A program made the position numbers and the translations under genes. Positions 27,171 to 35,980 of a stretch of DNA of 64,000 bases are shown here, piece after piece (the stretch's first letter is position 1; every line of letters begins with the position of its first letter). Source of the stretch: an uncultured Actinomycetes bacterium (GTDB lineage: Bacteria; Actinomycetota; Actinomycetes; Streptosporangiales; Streptosporangiaceae); contig CAVRRQ010000012.1 in assembly GCA_963723595.1 (NCBI GenBank), forward strand, positions 6,689-70,688, in the 5' to 3' direction. The notes under the pieces are model-generated. The model was given only the letters and a program-made list of their open reading frames with translations, ran no database searches and was not told where the DNA came from.

Positions 27171-29424
27171 ATGAGCCCTGGCCAGGCGGAACGAGACGCG
27201 GTGGAGCGCCATTTCGGCGAGGTGATCGGCGCGCTGGGCGGTCATCCCCCGGACCGGCCCGGGGAGCCTCCCGCCGGGCAGCGACCCCATCCGGGACGGC
27301 TCGGCCCTGACCGGCCAGCGCGGCCTGGAGCTCTTCGACGCCCAGCTGGGCAGCCGCCACCTCGATCTGGCCGCGCGCTGGCTGCGGGCCCGGGGCGCCG
27401 GGTACTACACGATCGGGTCCTCCGGGCACGAGGGCAACGCCGGCGTCGCCGCGGCGCTGCGGATCACCGACCCGGCCCTGCTGCACTACCGCTCGGGCGC
27501 CTTCTACCTGGCCCGGTGCCAGCAGGCCACACCGCCCCGGGACGGGGTCCTGGATGTCCTGCTCGGGCTGGTGGCCGCGGCGGACGAGCCCATCGCGGGC
27601 GGCCGCCACAAGGTGTTCGGCCATCCGCTGCTGCACGTCATCCCGCAGACCTCGACGATCGCCTCGCACCTGCCCCGGGCCCTCGGCCTGGCCTTCGCCC
27701 TGGACCGGGCCGCCCGGCTCGGCCGGCCCGCGCAGTGGCCCCCGGATGCGATCGTGGCCGCCAGCCTCGGTGACGCGTCCCTGAACCACTCCACCGCGGC
27801 CGGGGCGATCAACGCCGCCGCCTACTGCGCTTACCAGCATCTCCCGCTGCCGCTGCTGCTGGTGATCGAGGACAACGGGATCGGCGTCAGCGTGCGGACG
27901 CCGCCCGGCTGGGTCCGCGCCGCGACCGGGTCCGTGCCGCGCTTCGGCTATTTCCAGGCGGACGGGTCGGATCTGGCCGCGGTGTACGACGCCGCGCTGG
28001 CCGCCTCGGCCTGGGTCCGGGAGCGGCGTTCCCCCGCGTTCCTGCACCTGTCCGTGGTGCGGTTCGGCGGCCACGCGGGCTCGGACGTGGAAACCAGTTA
28101 CCGGGGAGCGGCTGCGGTGGCCGCGGACCTGGCCGCCGACCCGCTGATCGGCACGGCCCGGCTGCTGGTGAGCGCGGGCATCCTGACCCCGGCGGAGGTG
28201 TCCGCCCGGTACGAGGAGTCGCGGGGCCGGATCCTCGGCCTCGCGGCCGAGGTGGCCGGGAGCCCGCGCCTGGCCATGGCGGACCAGGTCATGGCCCCCC
28301 TCGCGCCGCATCATCCCGAGCAGGTCTGGGCCGGGGCCTGCCCTGGCCGCGGAACCAGCGCGCCGGGAGGAGGCCTTCGCCGGGCGGCTGCCCGAAGCGG
28401 CCGGCGGGCTCACCCTGGCCCAGTCCATCAACGCGGCGCTGGCCGACGCCCTGGCCGCCCGGCCCGGCCTGCTGGTGTTCGGCGAGGACGTGGCCCGCAA
28501 GGGCGGCGTGTACGGGGTGACCCGCGGGCTGGCCCAGCGGTTCGGCTCCGCCCGGGTGTTCGACACCCTGCTCGACGAGCAGTCCATCCTGGGGCTGGCC
28601 CTGGGGGCCGGCATGGCCGGCCTGCTGCCGGTCCCGGAGATCCAGTACCTGGCTTACCTGCACAACGCGGCCGATCAGATCCGCGGTGAGGCCGCGACCC
28701 TGTCGTTCTTCTCCCAGGCGCAGTACCGGAATCCGCTGGTGCTGCGCATTGCCTCCCTCGCCTATCAGGAAGGTTTCGGCGGCCATTTCCACAACGACAA
28801 CGCGCTGGCCAGCCTGCGGGATATCCCTGGCCTGATCGTCGCCTGCCCGGCGCGGCCCGACGACGCGGCCGCCATGCTGCGGACGTGCCTCGCGGCGGCG
28901 GAGGCGGACGGCCGGGTCTGCGTCTTCCTCGAGCCCATCGCCCTGTACCACACCAGGGACCTGCACGAGGCCGGTGACGGGGGCTGGCTGGGCAGGTACG
29001 ACCCGCCGGGGCTGTGGCCGGCTACGTCCCGGCCGGCCGCGGCCGCAGCTACGGCAACGGGCGCGACCTCACGATCATCACGTTCGGCAACGGGCTGCGG
29101 ATGAGCCTGCGGGTGGCGGCCCGGCTGACCGCGGACGGGATCGGCTGCCGGGTCCTGGATCTGCGCTGGATCGCGCCGCTGCCCGAGGAGGACATCCTGC
29201 GCGAGGCCGGGGTCACCGGGCGGGTCCTGGTGGCCGACGAGACCAGGCGCACCGGCGGGGTGTCCGAGGCCGTCATCACCAGCCTGGTGGACGCCGGGTT
29301 CACCGGGAGGATCACGCGCGTTAACAGCGAGGACAGCTTCATACCGCTGGGTGACGCCGCGCAGGCCGTGCTGCTGTCCGAGGCGGCCATCGAATCCGGA
29401 GCACGCTCCCTGTTGCCCCAATAA
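27171..29424 (+). pseudogene. fused alpha/beta E1 component of a TPP-dependent 2-oxoacid dehydrogenase, three frameshifts (about 27278, 28335, 29005)
   Basis: The segments read MSPGQAERDAVERHFGEV... / ...YTIGSSGHEGNAGVAAAL...VIEDNGIGVSV... (E1 alpha) / LTLAQSINAALADAL...VFGEDVARKGGVYGVTRGL...EIQYLAYLHNA (E1 beta) / AVAGYVPAGRGRSYGNGRDLTIITFGNG...WIAPLPEEDI. Confidence 0.8.
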
Positions 29425-29453
29425 TCCAGGCTGGCCCTGTCTATGCTGCTCCC

Positions 29454-31211
29454 GTGGGGATTCCGGGAATACCCAGGGGGCTTCTGGGGATCCGGCCCTG
29501 GCCCACGGCGATCCTGGGCCCCCGGCCGGAACTTGCCGACGTGCCCCGGCTGGCCGGGCGGCTACTGAGCGTGGCCGTCTCGGCAGCCCGGGGCCACGAT
29601 GCTCCCGTCCGGCGGGCCCTGGCCACCCACCTCGGCCCGCGGGCCGGGGGGTGGCCGGTGATCACCGCTTCGTGGCCCGCGTTCGACCAGGTGAACGTCC
29701 AGGCGGCCGTGGACGCGTGGCTCGGGGATCCCGGTGTGCGGCACGAACTGCTCGGCCTGACCGGCGTCCGCCACGGCCACGTCGACCTGGCCGACCTGAC
29801 CGCGGGCGATCTTCCAGGCTCGCCGGGCGGCGTCCCCGGAATCGGCAGCCTGACCACCGTCGCGCGCCCGGCCGGGCCGGGCGGAACGACCCTCGCGTGC
29901 GTGACCTGCGGTCTCTACCTGGTGGAGCAGGGCGGCCAGCGCTCGGCTGTGCTGCTGCGCGGCCCCGCGGACGATGACCCGCGCGAGCCGGTCAGCCTGC
30001 AGGTCATCGCGGCGGACCAGGCGGCGGCCGGGGAGATCCTGGACCACATCCGCGCCCTGGCCACCACGCACAACGTGTACCGCGGGCAGGTGATCTCGTT
30101 CGGTGCGGACGTCCGCGGGCCGGACAGCGGCAGCGTGCTGGGGTTCCTGGACCGGCCCCAGCTCGGCCGGGCCACCGTGATCCTCCCCCCGGACGTGCTG
30201 GACGGCATCGAGCGCCAGGTCCTCGGCATCGCCCGGCACTCTGGCCGGCTCAGCGCGAGCGGCCAGCATCTGCGGCGGGGGGTGCTGCTGCACGGGCCCC
30301 CGGGCACCGGCAAGACGCACACCGTCCGATACCTGATCGGCCAGCTGCCGCACGTCACGGCGATCGTGATCCCGGGCGGCGCACTGCGGTTCATCGGTGA
30401 GGCCTGCGCAATCGCCCGCACCCTGCAGCCCTCGGTGGTGGTCGTGGAGGACGTCGAGCAGGCGGCCGAGTCACGCGGCCCGCACGCGCCCCTCCCCCCG
30501 CCGCTGCTCCGCCTGCTCACCGAGATGGAAGGGGTCGGCGGCGACGCCGACGTGACCTTCCTGCTCACCACCAACCGGGCCGACCTGCTCGAGCAGGCTC
30601 TGGCCGCGCGGCCGGGCCAGATCGATCACACGGCCCGGCTCCCGCTGCCGGACGCCGCGGCCCGGCGCCGCCTGCTCCGCCTCTACCAGGGCAGCCTGCG
30701 CATCAGCCGGTCCAGCGTGAGCGCGGTGGTGACCCGGACCGACGGGGTCAACGCGTCCTTCATCCGGGAACTGCTCCGCCGGGCGTCCGTGTACGCGGCC
30801 GACGGCCGCGGCGCCCGGGCCGCGGTGCTGGCTGAGGTCAACGCCCTGGCGCCGGCCGCGGCCAACGGTTCCTCCCCGCTCCGGGCCACCGGCTCCGCTG
30901 CCGGCCTGGACCATGGGGTCGTCCAGGTCCCGGGCCACGGGGCCGCCCCGGCAGAGGTCCACGGCGCCGCGGCCAACGGCGCTGTCCCAGCTGACGGCAC
31001 TCCCCCGGCCAGCGGCACTGCCCCGGCCAGCAGCCCCGCCCCGGACCAGGCTGCGCCGCTGCGGGTCAGTGCCCGGCACCTCAACCTGGCCCTGGACGAG
31101 CTGCTGGACAGCCGGCACGACCTGACCCGCGTGCTGCTCGGCAGCCGCCCCATGCGCGGGGCGGACGCGATCATCCGGCCGGTCCTCCCCCGCCTCCGCC
31201 CCACCCGCTGA
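29454..31211 (+). CDS. AAA+ family ATPase with uncharacterised N-terminal domain and low-complexity C-terminal tail
   Basis: 585-aa intact ORF. Walker A is GVLLHGPPGTGKTHT, the Walker B-like segment is PSVVVVEDVEQ, and sensor-1 is FLLTTNRADLL. ALAARPGQIDH replaces the usual RPGRFD. Confidence 0.8.
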   Translation: MGIPGIPRGLLGIRPWPTAILGPRPELADVPRLAGRLLSVAVSAARGHDAPVRRALATHLGPRAGGWPVITASWPAFDQVNVQAAVDAWLGDPGVRHELLGLTGVRHGHVDLADLTAGDLPGSPGGVPGIGSLTTVARPAGPGGTTLACVTCGLYLVEQGGQRSAVLLRGPADDDPREPVSLQVIAADQAAAGEILDHIRALATTHNVYRGQVISFGADVRGPDSGSVLGFLDRPQLGRATVILPPDVLDGIERQVLGIARHSGRLSASGQHLRRGVLLHGPPGTGKTHTVRYLIGQLPHVTAIVIPGGALRFIGEACAIARTLQPSVVVVEDVEQAAESRGPHAPLPPPLLRLLTEMEGVGGDADVTFLLTTNRADLLEQALAARPGQIDHTARLPLPDAAARRRLLRLYQGSLRISRSSVSAVVTRTDGVNASFIRELLRRASVYAADGRGARAAVLAEVNALAPAAANGSSPLRATGSAAGLDHGVVQVPGHGAAPAEVHGAAANGAVPADGTPPASGTAPASSPAPDQAAPLRVSARHLNLALDELLDSRHDLTRVLLGSRPMRGADAIIRPVLPRLRPTR

Positions 31212-31243
31212 CCGCGAGCGCGCCCCCGGCCAGCCTGCGGGGC

Positions 31244-31375
31244 TGATGCGCTGATCATCGCGGCCACGGCCGAGGAGCACGGCGCGACGGTCCTGCACTA
31301 CGACACGGACTACGACCGGACCGCCGCGGTCACCGGGCAGCCAGTGGAATGGGTGGCGGCCCGGCGGTCCCTCTA
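31244..31375 (+). pseudogene. 3' remnant of a VapC (PIN-domain) toxin gene
   Basis: Only 43 codons remain: DALIIAATAEEHGATVLHYDTDYDRTAAVTGQPVEWVAARRSL*. This is the conserved C-terminal PIN segment. No N-terminal part and no antitoxin are present, and it begins 33 nt after the AAA gene stop. Confidence 0.65.
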
Positions 31376-31401
31376 GGAGTTCCGCGCAGCGTGCCCCGGG
31401 C

Positions 31402-32283
31402 TCAGCCCCAGCGAGGTGGCGCCAGCGCGAGCAGGTGCGCGCTGAGCGCCGCGGTCACCTCGGTGGGGGCGGACACGTTGGCCAGGTGCGCGGCACCCCG
31501 GATGACGGCCAGCCGGGACCGCGCGATCCCCCGGGCGATCACGGCGCCGTGCCACGGCGGGGTCGACGGGTCGTCCGACCCGGAGATCACCAGCGTGGGC
31601 GCGGTGATCCGGGCCAGCGCGGGCCGCAGGTCCATGCCCGCGATGGCGTCGCAGCAGCCCGCGTACCCTTCCGGGTCTATTCCGTCGAGGGTGGCGGTAA
31701 ACGCGGCCGGGACCGACGGGAACCGCGCCGCGAAGGCGGGGGTGAACCAGCGGCTCACCACCTGGGCGGCGATGGGCGGCAGGCCGCCGCCCCGGACGGC
31801 CGCCGCCCGCTCGACCCAGAGACCGGTGTCCGGGAACCAGGCGGTCGTGCAGCACAGCCCGAGGACGTCGATCCGCTCGGGCACGTTCGCGGCCAGCCAC
31901 ATGCCGACCATGCCGCCGAGCGACACGCCGCAGTACGACGCGTGCTCGATCCCGAAGTCGTCGAGCAGCCGCAGCACGTCCGCGCCCAGCCCGGCGAGCG
32001 TGTACGGCCCGGGCGGGGCAGGCGAGCCGCCGTGCCCGCGGTGCTCGTAGCGGAGCAGCCGGAAGTGCTCTCCCAGGACGGGGAGCTGCGGTTCCCACAG
32101 TTCCCGGGTACTGCCGAGGGAGTTGCCGAGCACCAGGACCGGTGCGTCGCGCGGCCCGTCCAGCGAGGCCGCCAGGCGCACCGGCTGGCGGGCATCCGGC
32201 GTCACCCGCCCGGCCGCGCCGACGGCCTGGCCGGCCGCCGGGCCGGCCTCACCCGGCGCCGCGGGAGCCTGCGGGTCAGACAT
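31402..32283 (-). CDS. pcaD: 3-oxoadipate enol-lactonase
   Basis: 293 aa alpha/beta hydrolase (VLVLGNSLGST..., CGVSLGGMVG nucleophile elbow, ...GAAHLANVS) in pca gene context. It overlaps the pcaG stop by 8 nt. Confidence 0.85.
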   Translation of the reverse strand: MSDPQAPAAPGEAGPAAGQAVGAAGRVTPDARQPVRLAASLDGPRDAPVLVLGNSLGSTRELWEPQLPVLGEHFRLLRYEHRGHGGSPAPPGPYTLAGLGADVLRLLDDFGIEHASYCGVSLGGMVGMWLAANVPERIDVLGLCCTTAWFPDTGLWVERAAAVRGGGLPPIAAQVVSRWFTPAFAARFPSVPAAFTATLDGIDPEGYAGCCDAIAGMDLRPALARITAPTLVISGSDDPSTPPWHGAVIARGIARSRLAVIRGAAHLANVSAPTEVTAALSAHLLALAPPRWG

Positions 32284-32854
32284 CGAAGAAGACGGTCTCG
32301 TGCTCGCCCTGCAGGCGGATGCTGAACTGGAACCGGGTCTGGTCGTCGGCGTCGGCGGTGGCGATGAGCGTGTCCCGCCGGGCCGGGTCGGTGACGGCGG
32401 ACAGCACCGGGTCTTCCGCGTTCGCCTCCGCCTCGTCGGAGAAGTAGATCCGGGTCACCACCCGGTCCAGCAGGCCGCGGGCGAACACGGACACGTCCAG
32501 GTGCGGGGCCTCCCGGCCGCCGTCCGGGCTGGGCAGCGCGCCGGGCCGGAGGGTGACGATCCGGTAGCTGCCGTCCGGGGCGGTCGGGCAGCGGCCGAAG
32601 CCGCGGAACGCGGTGCCGTGCGCCGGCGCGCCGCGCGGGTCGCCCGGATGGGCGAAGCGGCCGTCCGGGTCGGCCTGCCACGTCTCGATCAGCCCGTCCG
32701 GGATGGGCGCACCCTCGCCGTCCAGCAGCCGCCCGGTGATCGTGATCGCCCCGGGGGTGTCCTCAGGCACCACGGTCGGGCCGTCCGGCCACGGCAGCCC
32801 GATCGACAGGTACGGCCCGACGGTCTGCGAGGGGGTCAGCGGCAGCCCGGTCAC
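32276..32854 (-). CDS. pcaG: protocatechuate 3,4-dioxygenase alpha subunit
   Basis: GTG 32854 overlaps the pcaH stop (GTGA). VTGLPLTPSQTVGPYLSIGLPW...HLDVSVFARGLLDRVVTRIYFSDE is the typical PcaG sequence. Confidence 0.9.
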   Translation of the reverse strand: MTGLPLTPSQTVGPYLSIGLPWPDGPTVVPEDTPGAITITGRLLDGEGAPIPDGLIETWQADPDGRFAHPGDPRGAPAHGTAFRGFGRCPTAPDGSYRIVTLRPGALPSPDGGREAPHLDVSVFARGLLDRVVTRIYFSDEAEANAEDPVLSAVTDPARRDTLIATADADDQTRFQFSIRLQGEHETVFFDV

Positions 32855-33612
32855 CGCTGCGCACCTTGGTTCCCGGCCGGCTGGGCCTCGAAGACGGTCG
32901 CGGCACTGCCCCGGAGCACGATGTCCCATTCGTAGCCGAGCGCCCAGTCCGGCTCGGTCAGGTTGATGTCGAACCGCGAGATCAGCCGCTGGCGGGCTTT
33001 CGGGTCCGGGATCGAGTTGAAGATCGGGTCGTACTCGAAGAGCGGATCGCCAGGGAAGTACATCTGCGTCACCAGGCGCTGCGTGAACGCCTGCCCGAAC
33101 AGCGAGAAGTGGATGTGCGCGGGGCGCCAGGCGTTGGGATGGTTCCGCCACGGGTAGGCCCCGGGCTTGATGGTCACGAAGCGGTACCGGCCCTCGGAGT
33201 CCGTCACGCACCGGCCGACGCCGGAGAAGTTGGGGTCCAGCGGGGCCGGGTGAGTGTCCGTCGCGTGCTGGTAGCGGCCAGCCGCGTTGGCCTGCCACAC
33301 CTCCACCAGCGTGCCCTGGATGGGCCGGCCGTCGCTGTCCAGCACCCGCCCGGTCACGGTGATCCGCTCGCCGAGCGGCTCGCCCGCATGCTGGGTGGTG
33401 AGGTCCGCGTCGGCCGGTGCCACCCGCCCCTCCCCCAGCACCGGGCCGGTGATCTCGGTCAGCCGCTGCGGGATCATCAGCGGCGGCTGGGAGGGCGCCC
33501 GCAGTGCGGTGGACCGGTAGCCGGGCGAGTCCAGCGGCGGGTGCAGGCCGCTGGGCCGCTCGTACGCAGGCAGGATCAGCCCGGCGGGCCAGGATGGCAG
33601 GTGCGTGGTCAT
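32851..33612 (-). CDS. pcaH: protocatechuate 3,4-dioxygenase beta subunit
   Basis: 253 aa. VEVWQANAAGRYQH, YRFVTIKPGAYPWRNHPNAWRPAHIHFSLFG and QMYFPGDP are diagnostic intradiol dioxygenase beta-chain segments. Confidence 0.92.
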   Translation of the reverse strand: MTTHLPSWPAGLILPAYERPSGLHPPLDSPGYRSTALRAPSQPPLMIPQRLTEITGPVLGEGRVAPADADLTTQHAGEPLGERITVTGRVLDSDGRPIQGTLVEVWQANAAGRYQHATDTHPAPLDPNFSGVGRCVTDSEGRYRFVTIKPGAYPWRNHPNAWRPAHIHFSLFGQAFTQRLVTQMYFPGDPLFEYDPIFNSIPDPKARQRLISRFDINLTEPDWALGYEWDIVLRGSAATVFEAQPAGNQGAQR

Positions 33613-33629
33613 CGGGCTGCTGCTCCTTC

Positions 33630-34433
33630 TTAGCTCGGCTGGTCCGGCTTACCGTGCAGCTGCCGCAGTGCGGCGAGCTCGGCCGCGGTGGGCGGCTGGA
33701 GCACTTCCAGCGAATCCGACACGGCGAGCTCCCAGCCGGTCTTGGCCGCCGCGTCCGCCACCGTCACCCCGGGGTACAGACCGGTGAGCGCGAGCTCGCA
33801 CGTCGCCGGGTCCGGCTCCAGGATGCCCAGGTCGGTGATGACCTTCCGGGGGCCCGCGCCCGCCAGTCCCAGGCGTTCCCGGGCTCCGGGCCCGTCGCCG
33901 AAACCGACCGAGGTCACGAAGTCGACCCGGTCCACGAACGACCGGCGGCTCTGCCGGACCACCACGATCACCTCACGGCATGACGCGGCGATCTCCGGGG
34001 CCCCGCCGGCACCGGGCAGCCGGACCGCAGGATGGGCGTACTCGGGGCCGACGACCGTGGTGTTGATGTTCCCGAACTTGTCGATCTGGGCCGCGCCGAG
34101 GAAGCCGATCCCGATCCGGCCGGGCTGCAGCCAGTAGTTGAAGATTTCCGGCACGCTCACCACCGCGTCGGCGGTCTCGGCGAGGATCCCGTCACCGATC
34201 GAGAGAGGCAGCCGGTCCGGCTTGGCCCCGATCGTGCCCGACTCGTAGATGAGGACCAGGTTCGGCGCGTGCGTGGCCCGGGCCAGGTTAGCCGCCGCGC
34301 TGGGCAGCCCGATGCCCACGAAGCAGGTCATGCCGTCGTGCAGGGCGCGGGCTGCGCAGGCCGTCATCATCTCGTCGGAGGTGAAGGCGGCCCGGTCCTC
34401 CGTCGCCGGGGCCGCAGCGGGGGTGGCGTTCAT
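33630..34433 (-). CDS. pcaJ: 3-oxoadipate CoA-transferase subunit B
   Basis: ATG 34433 overlaps the pcaI stop (ATGA). MNATPAAAP...FTSDEMMTACAARALHDGMTCFVGIGLPSAAANLA...LIYESGTIG contains the catalytic ESG. Confidence 0.88.
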   Translation of the reverse strand: MNATPAAAPATEDRAAFTSDEMMTACAARALHDGMTCFVGIGLPSAAANLARATHAPNLVLIYESGTIGAKPDRLPLSIGDGILAETADAVVSVPEIFNYWLQPGRIGIGFLGAAQIDKFGNINTTVVGPEYAHPAVRLPGAGGAPEIAASCREVIVVVRQSRRSFVDRVDFVTSVGFGDGPGARERLGLAGAGPRKVITDLGILEPDPATCELALTGLYPGVTVADAAAKTGWELAVSDSLEVLQPPTAAELAALRQLHGKPDQPS

Positions 34434-35300
34434 GCCCCACATCCTCCCTCGGCGGCCCCGGCCCCGGCCAGGGATCCGGTCTCGCCGTAGACCTCGCCGT
34501 CCAGCCAGCGGCTGAACCGCTCCCGGTCCCGGCTGATCGCATCCCAGGCCTGGTAGTAGTCGTTGTCGCGGGCCGAGTAGCCCAGTGCGTAGGAGGGCTG
34601 CGCGCCGCCGGGGGCGGCAGCCACGTAGTTGAACGACCCAGGAGGGCAGCACGACCGCCCCGGGCTCGGGCCGCAGCTCGTCCACGATCTCCTCGACCGT
34701 GGCGATGGAGCGCCGGGCACTGAGCACGGCTTCCTTCTGCACCCCGGTGATCCCCCACAGCTGGACGTTCCCGGCCCGGTCGGCGCGCTGGGCGTGGATG
34801 ATGGCCACGTCCGGGTTCAGCGCGGCCACGGCCGTCAGCTGCTCCCCGGTGAACGGGCACGTGACCGACCGGATGGCGGGCTGCCCGTCCAGGCCGGGCA
34901 GGCCCTCGAGCCCGGTTCCGCTGTAGCCGCGCATGATCGCGAACGGCACGCCCGAGGCGCCCGCGACGTACCGGTTGGCCATCCCCGCGTGACTGTGCTC
35001 CTCCAGCTGGAGCGGCCCTGGCCAGGCATTTTCCACCGCGTCGCGGAACCGGTGCAGCGAGCCCACCCCCGGGTTGCCGCCCCAGGAGAAGATGAGCCGG
35101 CTGGCGCAGCCCGCCCCGATGAGCTGGTCGTAGAGCACGTCCGGGGTCATCCGGATCAGGGTCAGGTCCCGCCGCCGCTGCCGGATCACCTCGCGCCCGG
35201 CTGCGAACGGGATGAGGTGGGTGAACCCTTCCATCGCGACCGAGTCCCCGTCGTGGACGGCCCGCGCGACGGCATCGGCCAGTGAAACGATCTCCGCCAT
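34430..35300 (-). pseudogene. pcaI: 3-oxoadipate CoA-transferase subunit A, one frameshift near 34632-34640
   Basis: ATG 35300 is preceded by GGAGGA. The sequence MAEIVSLADAVARAVHDGDSVAMEGFTHLIPFAAGREVIRQ...PGAVVLPSWVV continues in another frame as NYVAAAPGGAQPSYALGYSARDNDYYQAWD (ORF 34430-34720). The junction reads tgggtcgTTcaactac; removing one T restores WVVNYV. Confidence 0.88.
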
Positions 35301-35316
35301 ATCCTCCTGCCCTGTG

Positions 35317-35387
35317 CAGCAAGCATCAGTACAGCAAGCACCAGTACAGCGAAGCACCAGTACAGCGAGCACCAGTACAGCGAGCAC
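35317..35387. repeat. tandem array of four 15/16-bp units (AGCA[C/T]CAGTACAGC) directly upstream of the pcaI RBS
   Basis: CAGTACAGC recurs at 35327, 35342, 35358 and 35373 (spacing 15, 16, 15). A fifth GTACAGC lies at 35445. Confidence 0.9.
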
Positions 35388-35501
35388 GCCTGCGGCGGAC
35401 ACCCGCGCTTGCCCGACACCATCATGACCATGTGGTCGCGATAAGTACAGCCGTTCGTCATACGGACAATACCGGTGGCCTGCCCGGGCATCCCCGCCCG
35501 G

Positions 35502-35879
35502 TCACCCGGCTTCCGCCAGCACCTCCCGGGCGATCGCGAACGCCCGGTTCGCCGCCGGGACTCCGGCGTAAACCGCGGTGTGCAGCAGCACTTCGCCGAT
35601 CTGATCGGGGGTCACGCCGTTGCGCAGTGCGGCCCGCAGGTGCATGGCCAGTTCCCCTTCCTGGCGGAGCGTGACGAGGGCGGTGAGCGTGATCATGCTC
35701 CGCTCGGCGCGGGACAGCCCCGGCCGGGACCAGACCTCGCCCCACGCGTAGCGGGTGATGAAGTCCTGGAACGGCGCGGTCAGCGGCGTGGTCCCGGCGA
35801 CCGCGCGGTCCACGTGCTCGTCTCCCAGGACCTCACGGCGCACCGTCATCCCCTGCGCGGCACGCTCGGCATCGTCCAT
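35502..35879 (-). CDS. pcaC: 4-carboxymuconolactone decarboxylase
   Basis: ATG 35879. The 125-aa product MDDAERAAQGMTVRREVLGDEHVDRA...FITRYAWGEVWSRPGLSRAERSMITLTALV...HLRAALRNGVT is a typical CMD-family protein. Confidence 0.9.
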   Translation of the reverse strand: MDDAERAAQGMTVRREVLGDEHVDRAVAGTTPLTAPFQDFITRYAWGEVWSRPGLSRAERSMITLTALVTLRQEGELAMHLRAALRNGVTPDQIGEVLLHTAVYAGVPAANRAFAIAREVLAEAG

Positions 35880-35980
35880 GGTTCCGCCTTTCACGGCTCC
35901 GGCAGCAGGTGCTGCGGTCGGGCCAGGAAGATTACCCACTCCCGCGCTCCCGGCACATACCCGCCCGCGCCCGGCGGCCC

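Noticed and set aside
26632-28614. A 660-aa minus-strand ORF across the E1 gene.
   Set aside because: It is antisense shadow of the E1 gene, except for its last roughly 100 codons. Those codons are the genuine N-terminus of the esterase (MLPWSAELAGRIDEH...), starting at 27102.
35317-35387. Possible CRISPR arrays at the tandem repeats (2479-2576, 11593-11659, 35317-35387, 61878-61943).
   Set aside because: The repeats are directly adjacent with no unique spacers, the units are only 12-33 bp, there are at most about 4 copies, and no cas genes are present in the window.
33630-35402. A 590-aa ORF suggesting a fused PcaI-PcaJ CoA-transferase with a repeat-derived leader (LAVLVLAVLVL).
   Set aside because: The central roughly 70 codons are out-of-frame read-through. 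The genuine PcaI C-terminus is in another frame (34430-34720) and ends in an ATGA overlap with the PcaJ start at 34433. The N-terminal leader is merely the translated 15-bp tandem repeat upstream of the RBS and ATG 35300.
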